A program made the translations under genes and the position numbers. A stretch of DNA of 32,000 nucleotides from Aliivibrio fischeri ES114 (GTDB taxonomy: Bacteria > Pseudomonadota > Gammaproteobacteria > Enterobacterales > Vibrionaceae). This document shows positions 1 to 10,203 of the stretch, in pieces. Position 1 is the stretch's first letter. Each line of letters starts with the position of its first letter. Location: assembly GCF_000011805.1 (NCBI RefSeq), contig NC_006840.2; one strand, 5' to 3'. The notes beneath the pieces are model-generated. The model made no database searches. It was not told the origin of the DNA and worked only from the letters and a program-made list of their open reading frames with translations.

Positions 1-1
1 T

Positions 2-1138
2 GCGAAAATGTATGGTCAAGCGGTACGCAATGACGTGATGGGTGAAGTTATGCAACGTCACTTCATCGAAGCTATCGTAAAAGAGAAAATCAACCCAGCG
101 GGTGCTCCAACTTTTACTCCAGTTGAATTTGCTGAAGGTAAAGATCTAGTTTTCACTGCTTCTTTTGAAGTTTACCCAGAAGTTGCTCTTCAAGGTCTAG
201 ACAAAGTTGTTGTTGAAAAACCACAAGTTGAAGTTAAAGACGAAGACGTAGCAGAAATGCTAGAAACTCTACGTAAGCAACAATCTACTTGGGCTGACGC
301 TGATATCGCTGCTGAAGACGGTACTCGCGCTACAATCAACTTTGTTGGTTCTATCGACGGTGAAGAGTTTGAAGGCGGTAAAGCTGAAAACTTCCCTCTA
401 GAAATGGGCCAAGGTCGTATGATCCCTGGTTTTGAAGATGGCATCAAAGGTAAGAAAGCTGGTGAAGAACTAACTATCGACGTTAACTTCCCTGAAGAAT
501 ACCACGCAGAAAACCTAAAAGGTAAAGCTGCACAATTCGCTATCAAAGTAGTGAAAGTTGAATCTCGTGAGCTTCCTGAGCTAAACGATGAGTTCGTTGC
601 TAAGTTCGGCGCTGAAGGTGGTGTTGAAGGTCTTAAAGCTGAAGTTCGTAAGAACATGGAGCGTGAACTAGCTCAAGCTGTTAAGAACAAGATCAAAGAA
701 CAAGCAATCAACGGTCTAGTTGAGCAAAACAACATTGACGTACCTTCTGCTCTAATCGATCAAGAAGTTCAAGTTTTACGTCAACAAGCAGTTCAACGTT
801 TCGGTGGCAACGCTGACACAGCTCCTGAGCTTCCACGTGAACTATTTGAAGAACAAGCTAAACGTCGCGTAGTTGTAGGTCTTCTTCTTGGTGAAGTTAT
901 CAAGTCTGAAGAACTAAAAGCTGATGATGAGAAAGTAAAAGCGCTTATCAACGAAATGGCTTCTGCATACGAAGATCCAACAGAAGTTGTTGCTTACTAC
1001 GAAGGCAACGAGCAAATGATGAACAACATGCGTAATGTTGCTCTAGAAGAACAAGCTGTTGAAGCTATCCTAGCTAAAGCACAAGTTTCTGAAAAAGCAT
1101 TTGGCTTTAACGAACTAATGAATCAACAACCTGCTTAA
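2..1138 (+). CDS. tig: Trigger factor (peptidyl-prolyl isomerase/chaperone), 5' truncated by window edge
   Basis: Frame is open from base 2 ([16 protein letters not shown]...). Strong resemblance to known Tig, including [42 protein letters not shown] and FNELMNQQ. Located directly upstream of clpP. Confidence 0.97.
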   Translation, partial: AKMYGQAVRNDVMGEVMQRHFIEAIVKEKINPAGAPTFTPVEFAEGKDLVFTASFEVYPEVALQGLDKVVVEKPQVEVKDEDVAEMLETLRKQQSTWADADIAAEDGTRATINFVGSIDGEEFEGGKAENFPLEMGQGRMIPGFEDGIKGKKAGEELTIDVNFPEEYHAENLKGKAAQFAIKVVKVESRELPELNDEFVAKFGAEGGVEGLKAEVRKNMERELAQAVKNKIKEQAINGLVEQNNIDVPSALIDQEVQVLRQQAVQRFGGNADTAPELPRELFEEQAKRRVVVGLLLGEVIKSEELKADDEKVKALINEMASAYEDPTEVVAYYEGNEQMMNNMRNVALEEQAVEAILAKAQVSEKAFGFNELMNQQPA

Positions 1139-1192
1139 TTTCTAAATTAATTAAGTAGTTAGTTGACTTAGTTTCACAAGATCTGCTAATAA

Positions 1193-1230
1193 TGGTCCGA
1201 ATGAAGCGTCATTCGGACCATTTATTTTAT
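1193..1230 (+). terminator. Rho-independent terminator after tig
   Basis: Perfect 11-bp stem TGGTCCGAATG (1193-1203) / CATTCGGACCA (1210-1220), loop AAGCGT, followed by TTTATTTTAT. Confidence 0.85.
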
Positions 1231-1243
1231 AAGGGATACGGTT

Positions 1244-1867
1244 ATGAGCTATCAAGAAAACAATGCAATGCCTTCTATTATGGATGCACTTGTTCCTATG
1301 GTTGTTGAGCAAACTTCACGTGGTGAGCGTTCGTATGATATTTATTCCCGTCTGTTAAAAGAGCGAGTTATCTTTTTAACAGGTCAAGTTGAAGATCACA
1401 TGGCTAACCTAGTTGTAGCACAGTTGCTTTTCCTTGAGTCTGAGAACCCTGATAAGGATATCTTCCTATACATTAATTCTCCAGGTGGTTCTGTTACTGC
1501 GGGTATGTCTATTTACGACACAATGCAGTTCATCAAGCCAAACGTGAGTACAGTATGTATGGGTCAAGCATGTTCTATGGGTGCCTTCTTACTTGCAGGT
1601 GGTGCTCCTGGTAAGCGTTATGTATTACCAAATTCACGTGTGATGATTCACCAACCACTAGGTGGTTTCCAAGGCCAAGCGTCTGATATTCAAATTCATG
1701 CTCAAGAAATCTTAACGATTAAGAAGAAATTGAATACGTTGCTTGCAGAGCACACAGGTCAGCCTTTGGAAGTGATTGAACAAGATACAGATCGTGATAA
1801 TTTCATGTCAGCAGATGATGCTGTGAAATACGGTCTTGTAGATGCTGTGTTAAATAAGCGTGACTAA
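1244..1867 (+). CDS. clpP: ATP-dependent Clp protease proteolytic subunit ClpP
   Basis: 207 aa; [32 protein letters not shown]-type N-terminus, catalytic GQACSMGA and MIHQPLGG motifs; AAGGGA ribosome-binding site upstream. Confidence 0.98.
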   Translation: MSYQENNAMPSIMDALVPMVVEQTSRGERSYDIYSRLLKERVIFLTGQVEDHMANLVVAQLLFLESENPDKDIFLYINSPGGSVTAGMSIYDTMQFIKPNVSTVCMGQACSMGAFLLAGGAPGKRYVLPNSRVMIHQPLGGFQGQASDIQIHAQEILTIKKKLNTLLAEHTGQPLEVIEQDTDRDNFMSADDAVKYGLVDAVLNKRD

Positions 1868-1953
1868 TTCATAAAAAAGCAGTAACGTTTACAGCAAAGA
1901 AGGTAAGTTAGTATAAACTTACAGCATAAAGGCAACGTTTAAGAGGTTAGCAA

Positions 1954-3240
1954 ATGACAGACAAGCGTAAAGACGAAAATAGTGGAAAGTTACTATATTG
2001 CTCTTTTTGCGGAAAAAGCCAGCATGAAGTTCGTAAACTAATTGCAGGCCCATCTGTTTATGTTTGTGATGAGTGCGTTGATTTATGTAACGACATTATT
2101 CGCGAAGAGCTAAAAGATAATACTCTGTCTCCTAAAGAGAGTAGTGAAGAGTTACCAACACCACGTAATATTCGTGAGCATTTAGATGACTATGTAATTG
2201 GTCAAGAACATGCGAAGAAAGTACTGGCTGTTGCTGTATACAACCACTACAAGCGTTTGCGTAATGGCGATACAACAAAAGATGGGGTAGAGCTTGGTAA
2301 AAGTAATATCCTTCTGATTGGCCCAACGGGTAGTGGTAAAACATTACTTGCTGAGACTCTAGCTCGTTTCTTGGATGTACCGTTTACTATGGCGGATGCA
2401 ACCACATTAACTGAAGCGGGTTATGTTGGTGAAGATGTTGAAAACATCATTCAAAAGCTATTACAAAAATGCGATTACGATCCTGCTAAAGCAGAGCGTG
2501 GCATTGTATATATCGATGAAATTGACAAGATTTCTCGTAAGTCTGAAAACCCATCAATTACACGTGATGTGTCTGGTGAAGGTGTTCAGCAAGCGCTATT
2601 GAAATTGATTGAAGGCACAATTGCTTCAGTTCCACCTCAAGGTGGTCGTAAGCATCCACAGCAAGAATTCCTACAAGTAGATACATCTAAGATTCTATTT
2701 ATTTGTGGTGGTGCTTTTGCTGGCTTAGATAAAGTAATTGAGCAACGTGTTGCAACAGGTACAGGCATTGGTTTTGGTGCTGATGTTCGTTCTAAAGAAA
2801 ACGAAGCAACAATCGGTGATTTGTTCAAGCAGATTGAACCAGAAGATTTAGTTAAGTTTGGTTTAATTCCAGAATTTATTGGCCGTTTACCTGTAACAAC
2901 AACGCTGACTGAATTAGATGAAGAAGCGTTAGTTCAGATTTTAAGTCAACCTAAAAATGCATTAACGAAACAATATGGTGCATTATTTGATTTAGAAGGT
3001 GCAGAGCTTGAATTCCGTGAAGATGCTTTAAAAGCAATTGCTAAAAAAGCAATGGATCGTAAAACAGGTGCTCGTGGACTTCGTTCAATTCTAGAAGCGG
3101 TATTACTCGAGACTATGTATGAATTACCTTCAAAAGAAGGCGTTTCTAAAGTAGTAATCGATGAGTCTGTGATTAATGGTGAATCAGAACCACTATTAAT
3201 TTTTGAAAACACAGAAACAAAAGCAATTTCTGCTGAATAG
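1954..3240 (+). CDS. clpX: ATP-dependent Clp protease ATP-binding subunit ClpX
   Basis: 428 aa; N-terminal Cys4 zinc-binding domain (CSFCGKS...CDEC), Walker [23 protein letters not shown]-type Walker B. Confidence 0.98.
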   Translation: MTDKRKDENSGKLLYCSFCGKSQHEVRKLIAGPSVYVCDECVDLCNDIIREELKDNTLSPKESSEELPTPRNIREHLDDYVIGQEHAKKVLAVAVYNHYKRLRNGDTTKDGVELGKSNILLIGPTGSGKTLLAETLARFLDVPFTMADATTLTEAGYVGEDVENIIQKLLQKCDYDPAKAERGIVYIDEIDKISRKSENPSITRDVSGEGVQQALLKLIEGTIASVPPQGGRKHPQQEFLQVDTSKILFICGGAFAGLDKVIEQRVATGTGIGFGADVRSKENEATIGDLFKQIEPEDLVKFGLIPEFIGRLPVTTTLTELDEEALVQILSQPKNALTKQYGALFDLEGAELEFREDALKAIAKKAMDRKTGARGLRSILEAVLLETMYELPSKEGVSKVVIDESVINGESEPLLIFENTETKAISAE

Positions 3241-3261
3241 CAAAAGACAAGTTAGTTGAAT

Positions 3262-3288
3262 AAAAAGGAGGCATTGGCCTCCTTTTTT
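3262..3288 (+). terminator. Rho-independent terminator after clpX
   Basis: AAAAAGGAGGC (3262-3272) / GCCTCCTTTTT (3277-3287), loop ATTG, followed by T-rich sequence. Confidence 0.88.
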
Positions 3289-3308
3289 ATTTTTTAATGA
3301 AAATTATA

Positions 3309-3337
3309 TTGAATCTTAGCGACTTGCCCCCATATTA
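3309..3337 (+). promoter_or_regulatory. Candidate sigma-32 (heat-shock) promoter of lon
   Basis: TTGAAT (3309-3314) and CCCCATATT (3328-3336) with 14 nt between TTGAA and CCCCAT, resembling the RpoH consensus CTTGAAA-N11-16-CCCCATnT, 35 nt upstream of the lon start. Confidence 0.7.
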
Positions 3338-3371
3338 TTCCTAATAGATACTGACGGAAAGAGAGAAGAAT

Positions 3372-5726
3372 ATGAACCTGGAGCGTTCCGAGCGCATCGA
3401 GATACCAGTTCTACCATTACGCGATGTTGTGGTATATCCCCACATGGTTATTCCATTATTCGTAGGCCGTGAAAAATCCATCCGTTGCTTAGAAGCAGCA
3501 ATGGAACAAAATAAGCAAGTTTTACTTGTGGCACAAAAAGAAGCTGCAAAAGAAGAGCCACAGTTAGATGACTTGCACGGTGTTGGTACAATTGCGACGA
3601 TTTTACAGTTATTAAAACTACCAGACGGCACAGTAAAAGTGTTAGTTGAAGGTCAGCAAAGAGCAAAAATTCACCAGTTTCTTGAGGCTGATTTCTTTAC
3701 TGCCGATGCTGAATTCTTGCTGACACCTGTTATTGATGATTCAGAGCAAGAAGTGATCATGCGCTCTGCAATTAATCAATTTGAAGGCTTCATCAAATTA
3801 AATAAAAAGATTCCACCAGAAGTGTTAACTTCATTAAACGGAATTGAAGATGCTGCACGTCTTGCTGACACTATTGCTGCTCATATGCCATTAAAATTGG
3901 TTGATAAGCAAGAAGTATTAGAATTAACAGATGTGATTGCTCGTTTAGAATATTTAATGGGCATGATGGAATCGGAGATCGATTTACTTCAAATCGAAAA
4001 ACGTATTCGTGGCCGTGTTAAAAAACAAATGGAAAAAAGCCAACGTGAGTACTATTTGAATGAGCAAATGAAAGCCATTCAGAAAGAACTGGGCGATTTG
4101 GATGATGCGCCTGATGAGTTTGAAGCACTACAAAAGAAAATTGTAGATGCAAAAATGCCAAAAGAAGCGCAAGAAAAAGCAGAGCAAGAGCTTCAGAAAT
4201 TAAAAATGATGTCTCCAATGTCAGCTGAAGCAACGGTAGTTCGTAGCTACATTGATTGCATGGTTGGTGTTCCATGGCATAAACGCTCTAAAGTTAAGAA
4301 AGACTTGGCAAAAGCAGAAGAGATCTTAAATTCAGATCACTACGGCTTAGAGCGAGTAAAAGAACGCATTTTAGAATATTTAGCGGTTCAAAGCCGAGTA
4401 AGTAAGCTAAAAGGTCCTATCCTTTGTTTAGTTGGACCTCCTGGTGTAGGTAAAACCTCATTAGGCCAATCTATTGCGAAAGCAACGGGACGTAAATACA
4501 CACGTATGGCTCTTGGTGGCGTACGTGATGAAGCTGAGATTCGAGGGCATCGTCGTACTTACATTGGTTCATTACCAGGTAAGTTAATCCAAAAACTGTC
4601 GAAAGTTGAAGTGAAAAACCCACTTTTCCTTTTGGATGAAATTGACAAAATGTCATCAGACATGCGTGGTGATCCGGCATCTGCTTTATTAGAAGTGCTT
4701 GACCCTGAACAAAACAGCGCATTCAGTGATCACTATTTAGAAGTTGATTACGATTTGTCAGATGTCATGTTTGTTGCAACATCTAACTCAATGAATATTC
4801 CGGGTCCATTATTGGACCGTATGGAAGTGATTCGTTTATCGGGTTATACAGAAGATGAAAAACTGAACATCGCTAAGAATCATTTACTGACAAAACAGAT
4901 TAAGCGTAATGGCTTAAAAGAACATGAAATTGAGATTGATGATTCAGCAATCATTGGCATTATTCGTTATTACACGCGTGAAGCTGGTGTTCGTAGCTTA
5001 GAGCGAGAAATCTCTAAATTATGTCGTAAAGCGGTTAAGCAGATCTTACTTGATAAATCGATTAAGAAAGTCACGATTAATCAAGATAACCTGAAAGATT
5101 TCTTAGGCGTTCAGCGTTGTGATTACGGTAAAGCGGATGATGAGAATCGCATTGGTCAAGTTGTTGGTTTAGCTTGGACTGAAGTTGGTGGTGATTTACT
5201 TACTATTGAAGCTGAGTCAATGATAGGTAAAGGTAAGCTTACTTATACAGGTTCGCTTGGTGACGTAATGAAAGAGTCAATCCAAGCTGCAATGACCGTG
5301 GTTCGTACTCGTGCTGAAAAATTAGGTATTAATCCTGATTTCTACGAAAAACGTGATATTCACGTACACGTACCAGAAGGTGCAACACCAAAAGATGGTC
5401 CAAGTGCAGGCATCGGTATGTGTACAGCACTTGTTTCAAGCCTAACTGGTAATCCGGTTCGTTCTGATGTTGCAATGACGGGTGAAATTACACTGCGTGG
5501 TGAAGTTCTGCCTATTGGCGGTTTAAAAGAAAAACTGTTAGCTGCACACCGTGGTGGAATTAAAACCGTGATCATTCCAAAAGAGAATGAGCGTGATTTA
5601 GAAGACATTCCAGCGAATGTAATTGCTGATTTATCTGTTCATCCAGTTAAGTGGATTGACGAAGTTTTGACATTGGCTTTACAAAGCGACCCATCAGGTT
5701 TTAGTGTTGAACAATCTAAAAAGTGA
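3372..5726 (+). CDS. lon: ATP-dependent endopeptidase La (Lon)
   Basis: 784 aa; Walker [16 protein letters not shown], catalytic Ser motif [27 protein letters not shown]. Confidence 0.98.
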   Translation: MNLERSERIEIPVLPLRDVVVYPHMVIPLFVGREKSIRCLEAAMEQNKQVLLVAQKEAAKEEPQLDDLHGVGTIATILQLLKLPDGTVKVLVEGQQRAKIHQFLEADFFTADAEFLLTPVIDDSEQEVIMRSAINQFEGFIKLNKKIPPEVLTSLNGIEDAARLADTIAAHMPLKLVDKQEVLELTDVIARLEYLMGMMESEIDLLQIEKRIRGRVKKQMEKSQREYYLNEQMKAIQKELGDLDDAPDEFEALQKKIVDAKMPKEAQEKAEQELQKLKMMSPMSAEATVVRSYIDCMVGVPWHKRSKVKKDLAKAEEILNSDHYGLERVKERILEYLAVQSRVSKLKGPILCLVGPPGVGKTSLGQSIAKATGRKYTRMALGGVRDEAEIRGHRRTYIGSLPGKLIQKLSKVEVKNPLFLLDEIDKMSSDMRGDPASALLEVLDPEQNSAFSDHYLEVDYDLSDVMFVATSNSMNIPGPLLDRMEVIRLSGYTEDEKLNIAKNHLLTKQIKRNGLKEHEIEIDDSAIIGIIRYYTREAGVRSLEREISKLCRKAVKQILLDKSIKKVTINQDNLKDFLGVQRCDYGKADDENRIGQVVGLAWTEVGGDLLTIEAESMIGKGKLTYTGSLGDVMKESIQAAMTVVRTRAEKLGINPDFYEKRDIHVHVPEGATPKDGPSAGIGMCTALVSSLTGNPVRSDVAMTGEITLRGEVLPIGGLKEKLLAAHRGGIKTVIIPKENERDLEDIPANVIADLSVHPVKWIDEVLTLALQSDPSGFSVEQSKK

Positions 5727-5757
5727 TGTGTAGCAAAAAACGTTGATATAACAGGGC

Positions 5758-5780
5758 TGACAAGTCGAAATGACTTGTCA
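5758..5780 (+). other. Hairpin between lon and hupB, no U-tract
   Basis: Perfect 9-bp inverted repeat TGACAAGTC / GACTTGTCA, loop GAAAT, not followed by a T-run. Confidence 0.5.
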
Positions 5781-5898
5781 CTCTATATTGATATCGTTAA
5801 GTTAGACTCTATTGCTGTGAAGATCAATTCACACAACAAATATTATTATATGGACTCGTTCATTAAACTGTTGAATGAAAATTTTAAAGGGGAATACC

Positions 5899-6171
5899 GT
5901 GAATAAATCTCAATTAGTTGATCAAATTGCTGAAAGTGCAGATATCTCAAAAGCAGCAGCAGGCCGTGCTTTAGATGCACTAGTTGAAACAGTAACAGAG
6001 ACGCTAAAAAGTGGCGATCAAGTAACTCTTGTTGGTTTTGGGTCATTTGTAGTTCGTGAGCGTGCAGCTCGCACAGGTCGTAACCCAAAAACTGGTGAAG
6101 CGATTGAGATTTCAGCTGCAAAAGTTCCTGCTTTTAAAGCGGGTAAAGCATTAAAAGATGCGTGTAACTAA
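5899..6171 (+). CDS. hupB: DNA-binding protein HU-beta
   Basis: HU family signature ([23 protein letters not shown]). The provided ORF begins at 5875, but GTG at 5899 gives the canonical [12 protein letters not shown] start with AAAGGGGA 5 nt upstream. Confidence 0.95.
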   Translation: MNKSQLVDQIAESADISKAAAGRALDALVETVTETLKSGDQVTLVGFGSFVVRERAARTGRNPKTGEAIEISAAKVPAFKAGKALKDACN

Positions 6172-6237
6172 TCGAAAACTAGATAAAACTCTACACAAGC
6201 TAGCGTAACGCTAGTAGACTAGAGATATGAGTCATAG

Positions 6238-6262
6238 GCGCATCCAATGATGCGCTTTTTTA
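6238..6262 (+). terminator. Rho-independent terminator after hupB
   Basis: GCGCATC (6238-6244) / GATGCGC (6249-6255), loop CAAT, followed by TTTTTTATT. Confidence 0.85.
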
Positions 6263-6375
6263 TTGTTAAATTTTTCTTTTGTTGAACTATTTTAAATTTT
6301 CACTATCAATAGAAATTGAAATGTTTTCTTAGGAATAAAATCATTCCATTCGGTGATTAGGAGTTAATACACATT

Positions 6376-8232
6376 ATGATGGATCGAATTCGCGAAGGTT
6401 CAACAGGCCTTGCAGTTAAGATCATTCTCGGTCTAATTATTTTCTCATTTGTATTTGCAGGTGTAGGTAGTTATTTAGTCGGTGGTGGCCAGCCTTTAGC
6501 AGCGAAAGTTGGTGAGCGCGAAATTACTCGTAATGAGTTTGAGCAAGTTTATCAAAATGAACGTAACCGTATGCAATCACAGTTAGGTGAATATTTTGCT
6601 ACGTTACTGGGTGATCCTGCATATGTAGAGCAATTCCGTAAGTCAGTTTTAGACCGTATGGTTAATGATGCACTGCTTGATAACCAAGCTCAAGATTTAG
6701 GCTTGCGTATTAGCGATGATCAAATTCGTCAAACTATCCTTTCAATGCCTCAATTCCAAAAAGATGGCAAGTTTGATGAAGAAATTTATAACATTTCTTT
6801 ACGCCGTGCAGGTTTTAGCTCTGATAGTTTTGCCGCTTACTTACGTCAAGACTTAGCAAGAAACCAGCTAGTTATGGCGTTAGAATCGACAGAATTTACG
6901 TTATCAAATGAAGTTCAAGCACAAGCTGCTTTAGAAACTCAGCAACGTGAAATTCGTACGATTACATTAAATACTGCTGATTTTGCTAAAAATGCAAAAG
7001 TAACAGATGAAGAAATCACAGAATACTACAATGCAAACAAACAACAATTTGTTCGACCTGAACAAGTAAAAGTGTCATATGTAGAGTTATCTGGTAATTC
7101 ATTAAAAGCGCAGGCGCCAATTACAGATAAAGAAATTGAAGAATATTACCAAGCGAATTTAGATAAATATTCTACACAAGAGAAGCGTGAAGTTAGCCAT
7201 ATTTTAATTAAAGGCGACGAAGCTGACGCACAAAAAGTGCTAGATAGAATTAACAATGGCGAAGACTTTGCTACTGTAGCTAAAGATGCTTCACAAGATA
7301 TCCCTACAGCTAAAGAAGGTGGTTCTTTAGGTTGGATTGAACGTGGTGTTATTGATCCTGAGTTTGAAGATGCTGCTTTCCAATTAGCAAAAGTTGGTGA
7401 TCATTCTGGTATCGTGAAATCAGCATTTGGTTTCCATATCATTCAACTGAATGGTATCGAAGAACCAACAACAAAACCGCTTGCTGAAGTAAGTGCTGAT
7501 ATCAAGTCGTTCTTAGTTGATGAGCATGCAGCTGATGCGTTTTACAGTCTACAAACTGAACTAGCTGAAAAAGCGTTTGAATCACCTGATTCATTAGATG
7601 ATGCTGCTGAAGCGGTTGATGCGAAGATTGTAACATCTGATTTCTTCTCTCAAGCTGATGCACCTAAAGCGCTTGCTGACTCAGCTGTACTTCAAGCTAT
7701 TTATAGCCCAGAAGTTAAAGAAGATGGTTTAAACTCTGATGTTATCGAAATTGCACCTGAACATGTTATCGTTGTTCGTGTTGAAGATGTTCGTGATGAA
7801 ATGGTTTTACCTCTTGATGAAGTAAAAGATGCAGTAATTGCTCGCTTATCTCAAGCACAAGGTGAACAGGAAGCCCTAGAACTTGCTCAAAACGTAATTT
7901 CAGGCCTTAATAAAGGTGACAATAGCGTGATGGCAAATAATGGCTTAGCGTTTGCTGAGGCTCGAATGATCAGTCGCAATGATGAATTAGCAAATGACGT
8001 ATATCGTTTAGAGAAGCCTGCTGATGGTAAATCAACGTATGCACAGGTTATGGATCGTCAAGGAAACCATGTCATTGTTGCTCTTGATAGTGTATTAGAA
8101 TTAAATGATTCAAATATGTCATCGCAAATTGCTACTGGTTTATTGCGTTCTCAAACTCAGCAAGATTTAACAGCAACGTTAGATACGCTAAAAGAAAGTA
8201 CAGAAATTAGCTATCCGTTACTTGAACAGTAA
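6376..8232 (+). CDS. ppiD: Periplasmic peptidyl-prolyl cis-trans isomerase PpiD (SurA-like chaperone)
   Basis: 618 aa; N-terminal MDRIREGSTGLAVKIILGLIIFSFVFAGVGSYLVGG anchor, parvulin domain (REVSHILIKG...GGSLGWIERG...FGFHIIQL), located after hupB. The start could be 6376 or 6379. Confidence 0.95.
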   Translation: MMDRIREGSTGLAVKIILGLIIFSFVFAGVGSYLVGGGQPLAAKVGEREITRNEFEQVYQNERNRMQSQLGEYFATLLGDPAYVEQFRKSVLDRMVNDALLDNQAQDLGLRISDDQIRQTILSMPQFQKDGKFDEEIYNISLRRAGFSSDSFAAYLRQDLARNQLVMALESTEFTLSNEVQAQAALETQQREIRTITLNTADFAKNAKVTDEEITEYYNANKQQFVRPEQVKVSYVELSGNSLKAQAPITDKEIEEYYQANLDKYSTQEKREVSHILIKGDEADAQKVLDRINNGEDFATVAKDASQDIPTAKEGGSLGWIERGVIDPEFEDAAFQLAKVGDHSGIVKSAFGFHIIQLNGIEEPTTKPLAEVSADIKSFLVDEHAADAFYSLQTELAEKAFESPDSLDDAAEAVDAKIVTSDFFSQADAPKALADSAVLQAIYSPEVKEDGLNSDVIEIAPEHVIVVRVEDVRDEMVLPLDEVKDAVIARLSQAQGEQEALELAQNVISGLNKGDNSVMANNGLAFAEARMISRNDELANDVYRLEKPADGKSTYAQVMDRQGNHVIVALDSVLELNDSNMSSQIATGLLRSQTQQDLTATLDTLKESTEISYPLLEQ

Positions 8233-8262
8233 AACATTTCTTTGTAACTGATAAATATAAAA

Positions 8263-8294
8263 GACGGGCCCCTATAAGGGGCCCGTCGTGTTTT
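8263..8294 (+). terminator. Strong GC-rich terminator after ppiD
   Basis: Perfect 10-bp stem GACGGGCCCC / GGGGCCCGTC, loop TATAA, then GTGTTTTT. Confidence 0.85.
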
Positions 8295-8419
8295 TAAAGA
8301 TAGAAACTATTTCCATATAGGTTTTTAGTAAACGTTTTAATATGCTTTTTCCGATGTTTGAATAGGTGTTGTTTTCTGATGTATCAATCATCATTTTTTC
8401 ATTTTAAAAAGGATACATA

Positions 8420-8722
8420 ATGAAACGCATACTCACTTTACTCAGTACCTTGATGTTAACACTAACACTTTTCTCTGCTTCAGTAGTTGCAGAAGTAACA
8501 AAAAGCGATACACATGAAGGTATTGAAATAACGGTTAACATCAACCAAGCAGGAGCTGAAGAGCTAAAAACGTTATTGGTTGGTGTTGGAGAATCAAAAG
8601 CTCAAGCGATAATTGATTACCGTAATGCTAACGGCAAGTTTGTCAAAGCTGATGATTTAACGAAAGTTAAAGGTATTGGGGATAAACTGGTTGAGAAAAA
8701 CCGAGATAGAATCATATTGTAG
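8420..8722 (+). CDS. ybaV: Exported ComEA/YbaV-like helix-hairpin-helix protein
   Basis: 100 aa; signal peptide followed by VNINQAGAEELKTLLVGVGESKAQAIIDYRNANGKF...LTKVKGIGDKLVEKNRD HhH repeats; ppiD-ybaV order as in E. coli. Confidence 0.85.
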   Translation: MKRILTLLSTLMLTLTLFSASVVAEVTKSDTHEGIEITVNINQAGAEELKTLLVGVGESKAQAIIDYRNANGKFVKADDLTKVKGIGDKLVEKNRDRIIL

Positions 8723-8770
8723 AGTTATATTTAGTTGTACCAATTTAGCTAATCAGCTCATTGGTACAAT

Positions 8771-8799
8771 AAAAAGGCAGCCATGAAGGCTGCTTTTTT
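8771..8799. terminator. Bidirectional terminator between ybaV-like gene and POT transporter
   Basis: AAAAAGGCAGCC (8771-8782) / GGCTGCTTTTTT (8788-8799), loop ATGAA, between convergent genes. Confidence 0.88.
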
Positions 8800-8847
8800 G
8801 TGCTAAATCGTATTCTGAATATTTGATATTCAGTTTGGAATTACCGA

Positions 8848-10203
8848 TTAATGAGCTTTTTCAGCACCGTGCATCCAACGAATAAGTGTACCTGAAATTA
8901 TCAGAAGAAGAACACCAGAAACTGTTGCCGTGATAGCAATACCAGCAAAGATATCTAGAGCACCTAAGCTTTCAACATGTGAGCCTACTAAGCCTGCAAT
9001 GTAGTTAGAGATAGCATTGAAACCAAACCAAGTACCCATCATTAATGAAGCTAAACGTAATGGAGCTAATTTAGTAACTAATGAAAGACCAATTGGTGAT
9101 AAACACAGTTCGCCTAAAGTATGGAAGAAATACGCACCAACTAACCAAAGCATTGAAGTTTTAACGGTTAAGTCGCCACCTTGTTCTAGTACTGCGCCAA
9201 CCATACATACGAAACCCATAGCCAAGAAGAATAGAGCCATCGCAAATTTAACTGGTGAGCTTGGCTCTTTTGGACCGAGTTTAACCCATATCCCAGCAAT
9301 GATAGGAGCAAGAACAATAATAAAGAACGGGTTTAACGATTGGAACCAAGCTGCAGGAACTTCAAAAGAACCAATCATTCTATCTGTGTATTGTTGTGAA
9401 TATACATTCATTAGGCCACCAGCTTGTTCAAAGCCTGCCCAGAAAACAATAACGAATAAGCCCATGATCATGACCACTTTTAGTCGGTCAATTTCTTCTT
9501 TAGTTAACGCTGTGCTTGATTTACCAGCTGCTTTTGCGTTTTCTTTTGCGATATGTGCTGCAGGTCTAACACCTATGTCACCTAAGAAGCGTTGGGCAAA
9601 AAGACTTTGGATGATCAAACTGATGATCATACCGATACCAGCTGCAACAAAACCAGCTTTCCATCCCCATACTCCAGTTACAGAGCCTGAAACAACACCA
9701 GCAAGTAAAGAACCTAAGTTAATACCCATGTAGAAGATAGTAAATGCGCCATCACGACGATGATCGCCATCTTCATATAAATCACCAACCATTGTGGAAA
9801 CATTTGGTTTAAATAAACCATTACCAGCGATTAGAAAACCAAGACCGGTATAAAATAAGGCTTCGACAGAAAAAGGAAGGAAATCGTGCGGTAAAGCCAA
9901 AGTAAATTGACCAATTACCATTAAGAAACCACCGATTAATAATGCTTTACGTTGGCCTAAGTAATTATCAGCTAACCATCCGCCAATGAGAGGGGTGATG
10001 TACATAAGGGCGGTATAAGTACCATATAGGCTTAATGCATCTTTTACTGTCCAACCCATACCACCATTGATGGTTCTATCTGTGAGATATAGAACCAAGA
10101 TAGCGCGCATTGCGTAATAGGAGAAGCGTTCCCAAAGCTCTGTTCCAAAAAGTAAGAACAACCCTTGAGGGTGTCCCATAAGTAATTTGTTGTTATTTGA
10201 CAT
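8848..10203 (-). CDS. POT/PTR2 family proton-dependent di-/tripeptide transporter
   Basis: 451 aa; GTELWERFSYYAMRAILVLYLT motif, GGWLADNYLGQRKALLIGG, and FTIFYMGINLGSL signature typical of POT transporters. Confidence 0.92.
   Translation of the reverse strand: MSNNNKLLMGHPQGLFLLFGTELWERFSYYAMRAILVLYLTDRTINGGMGWTVKDALSLYGTYTALMYITPLIGGWLADNYLGQRKALLIGGFLMVIGQFTLALPHDFLPFSVEALFYTGLGFLIAGNGLFKPNVSTMVGDLYEDGDHRRDGAFTIFYMGINLGSLLAGVVSGSVTGVWGWKAGFVAAGIGMIISLIIQSLFAQRFLGDIGVRPAAHIAKENAKAAGKSSTALTKEEIDRLKVVMIMGLFVIVFWAGFEQAGGLMNVYSQQYTDRMIGSFEVPAAWFQSLNPFFIIVLAPIIAGIWVKLGPKEPSSPVKFAMALFFLAMGFVCMVGAVLEQGGDLTVKTSMLWLVGAYFFHTLGELCLSPIGLSLVTKLAPLRLASLMMGTWFGFNAISNYIAGLVGSHVESLGALDIFAGIAITATVSGVLLLIISGTLIRWMHGAEKAH

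Noticed and set aside
190-657. 155-aa minus-strand ORF inside tig
   Set aside because: Fully antisense to a strongly conserved gene, low-complexity Ser/Pro-rich translation, no family resemblance.
9017-9733. 238-aa plus-strand ORF inside the POT transporter gene
   Set aside because: Long but fully antisense to a clear transporter; low-complexity Pro/Thr-rich product with no recognisable domain and no visible ribosome-binding site support.
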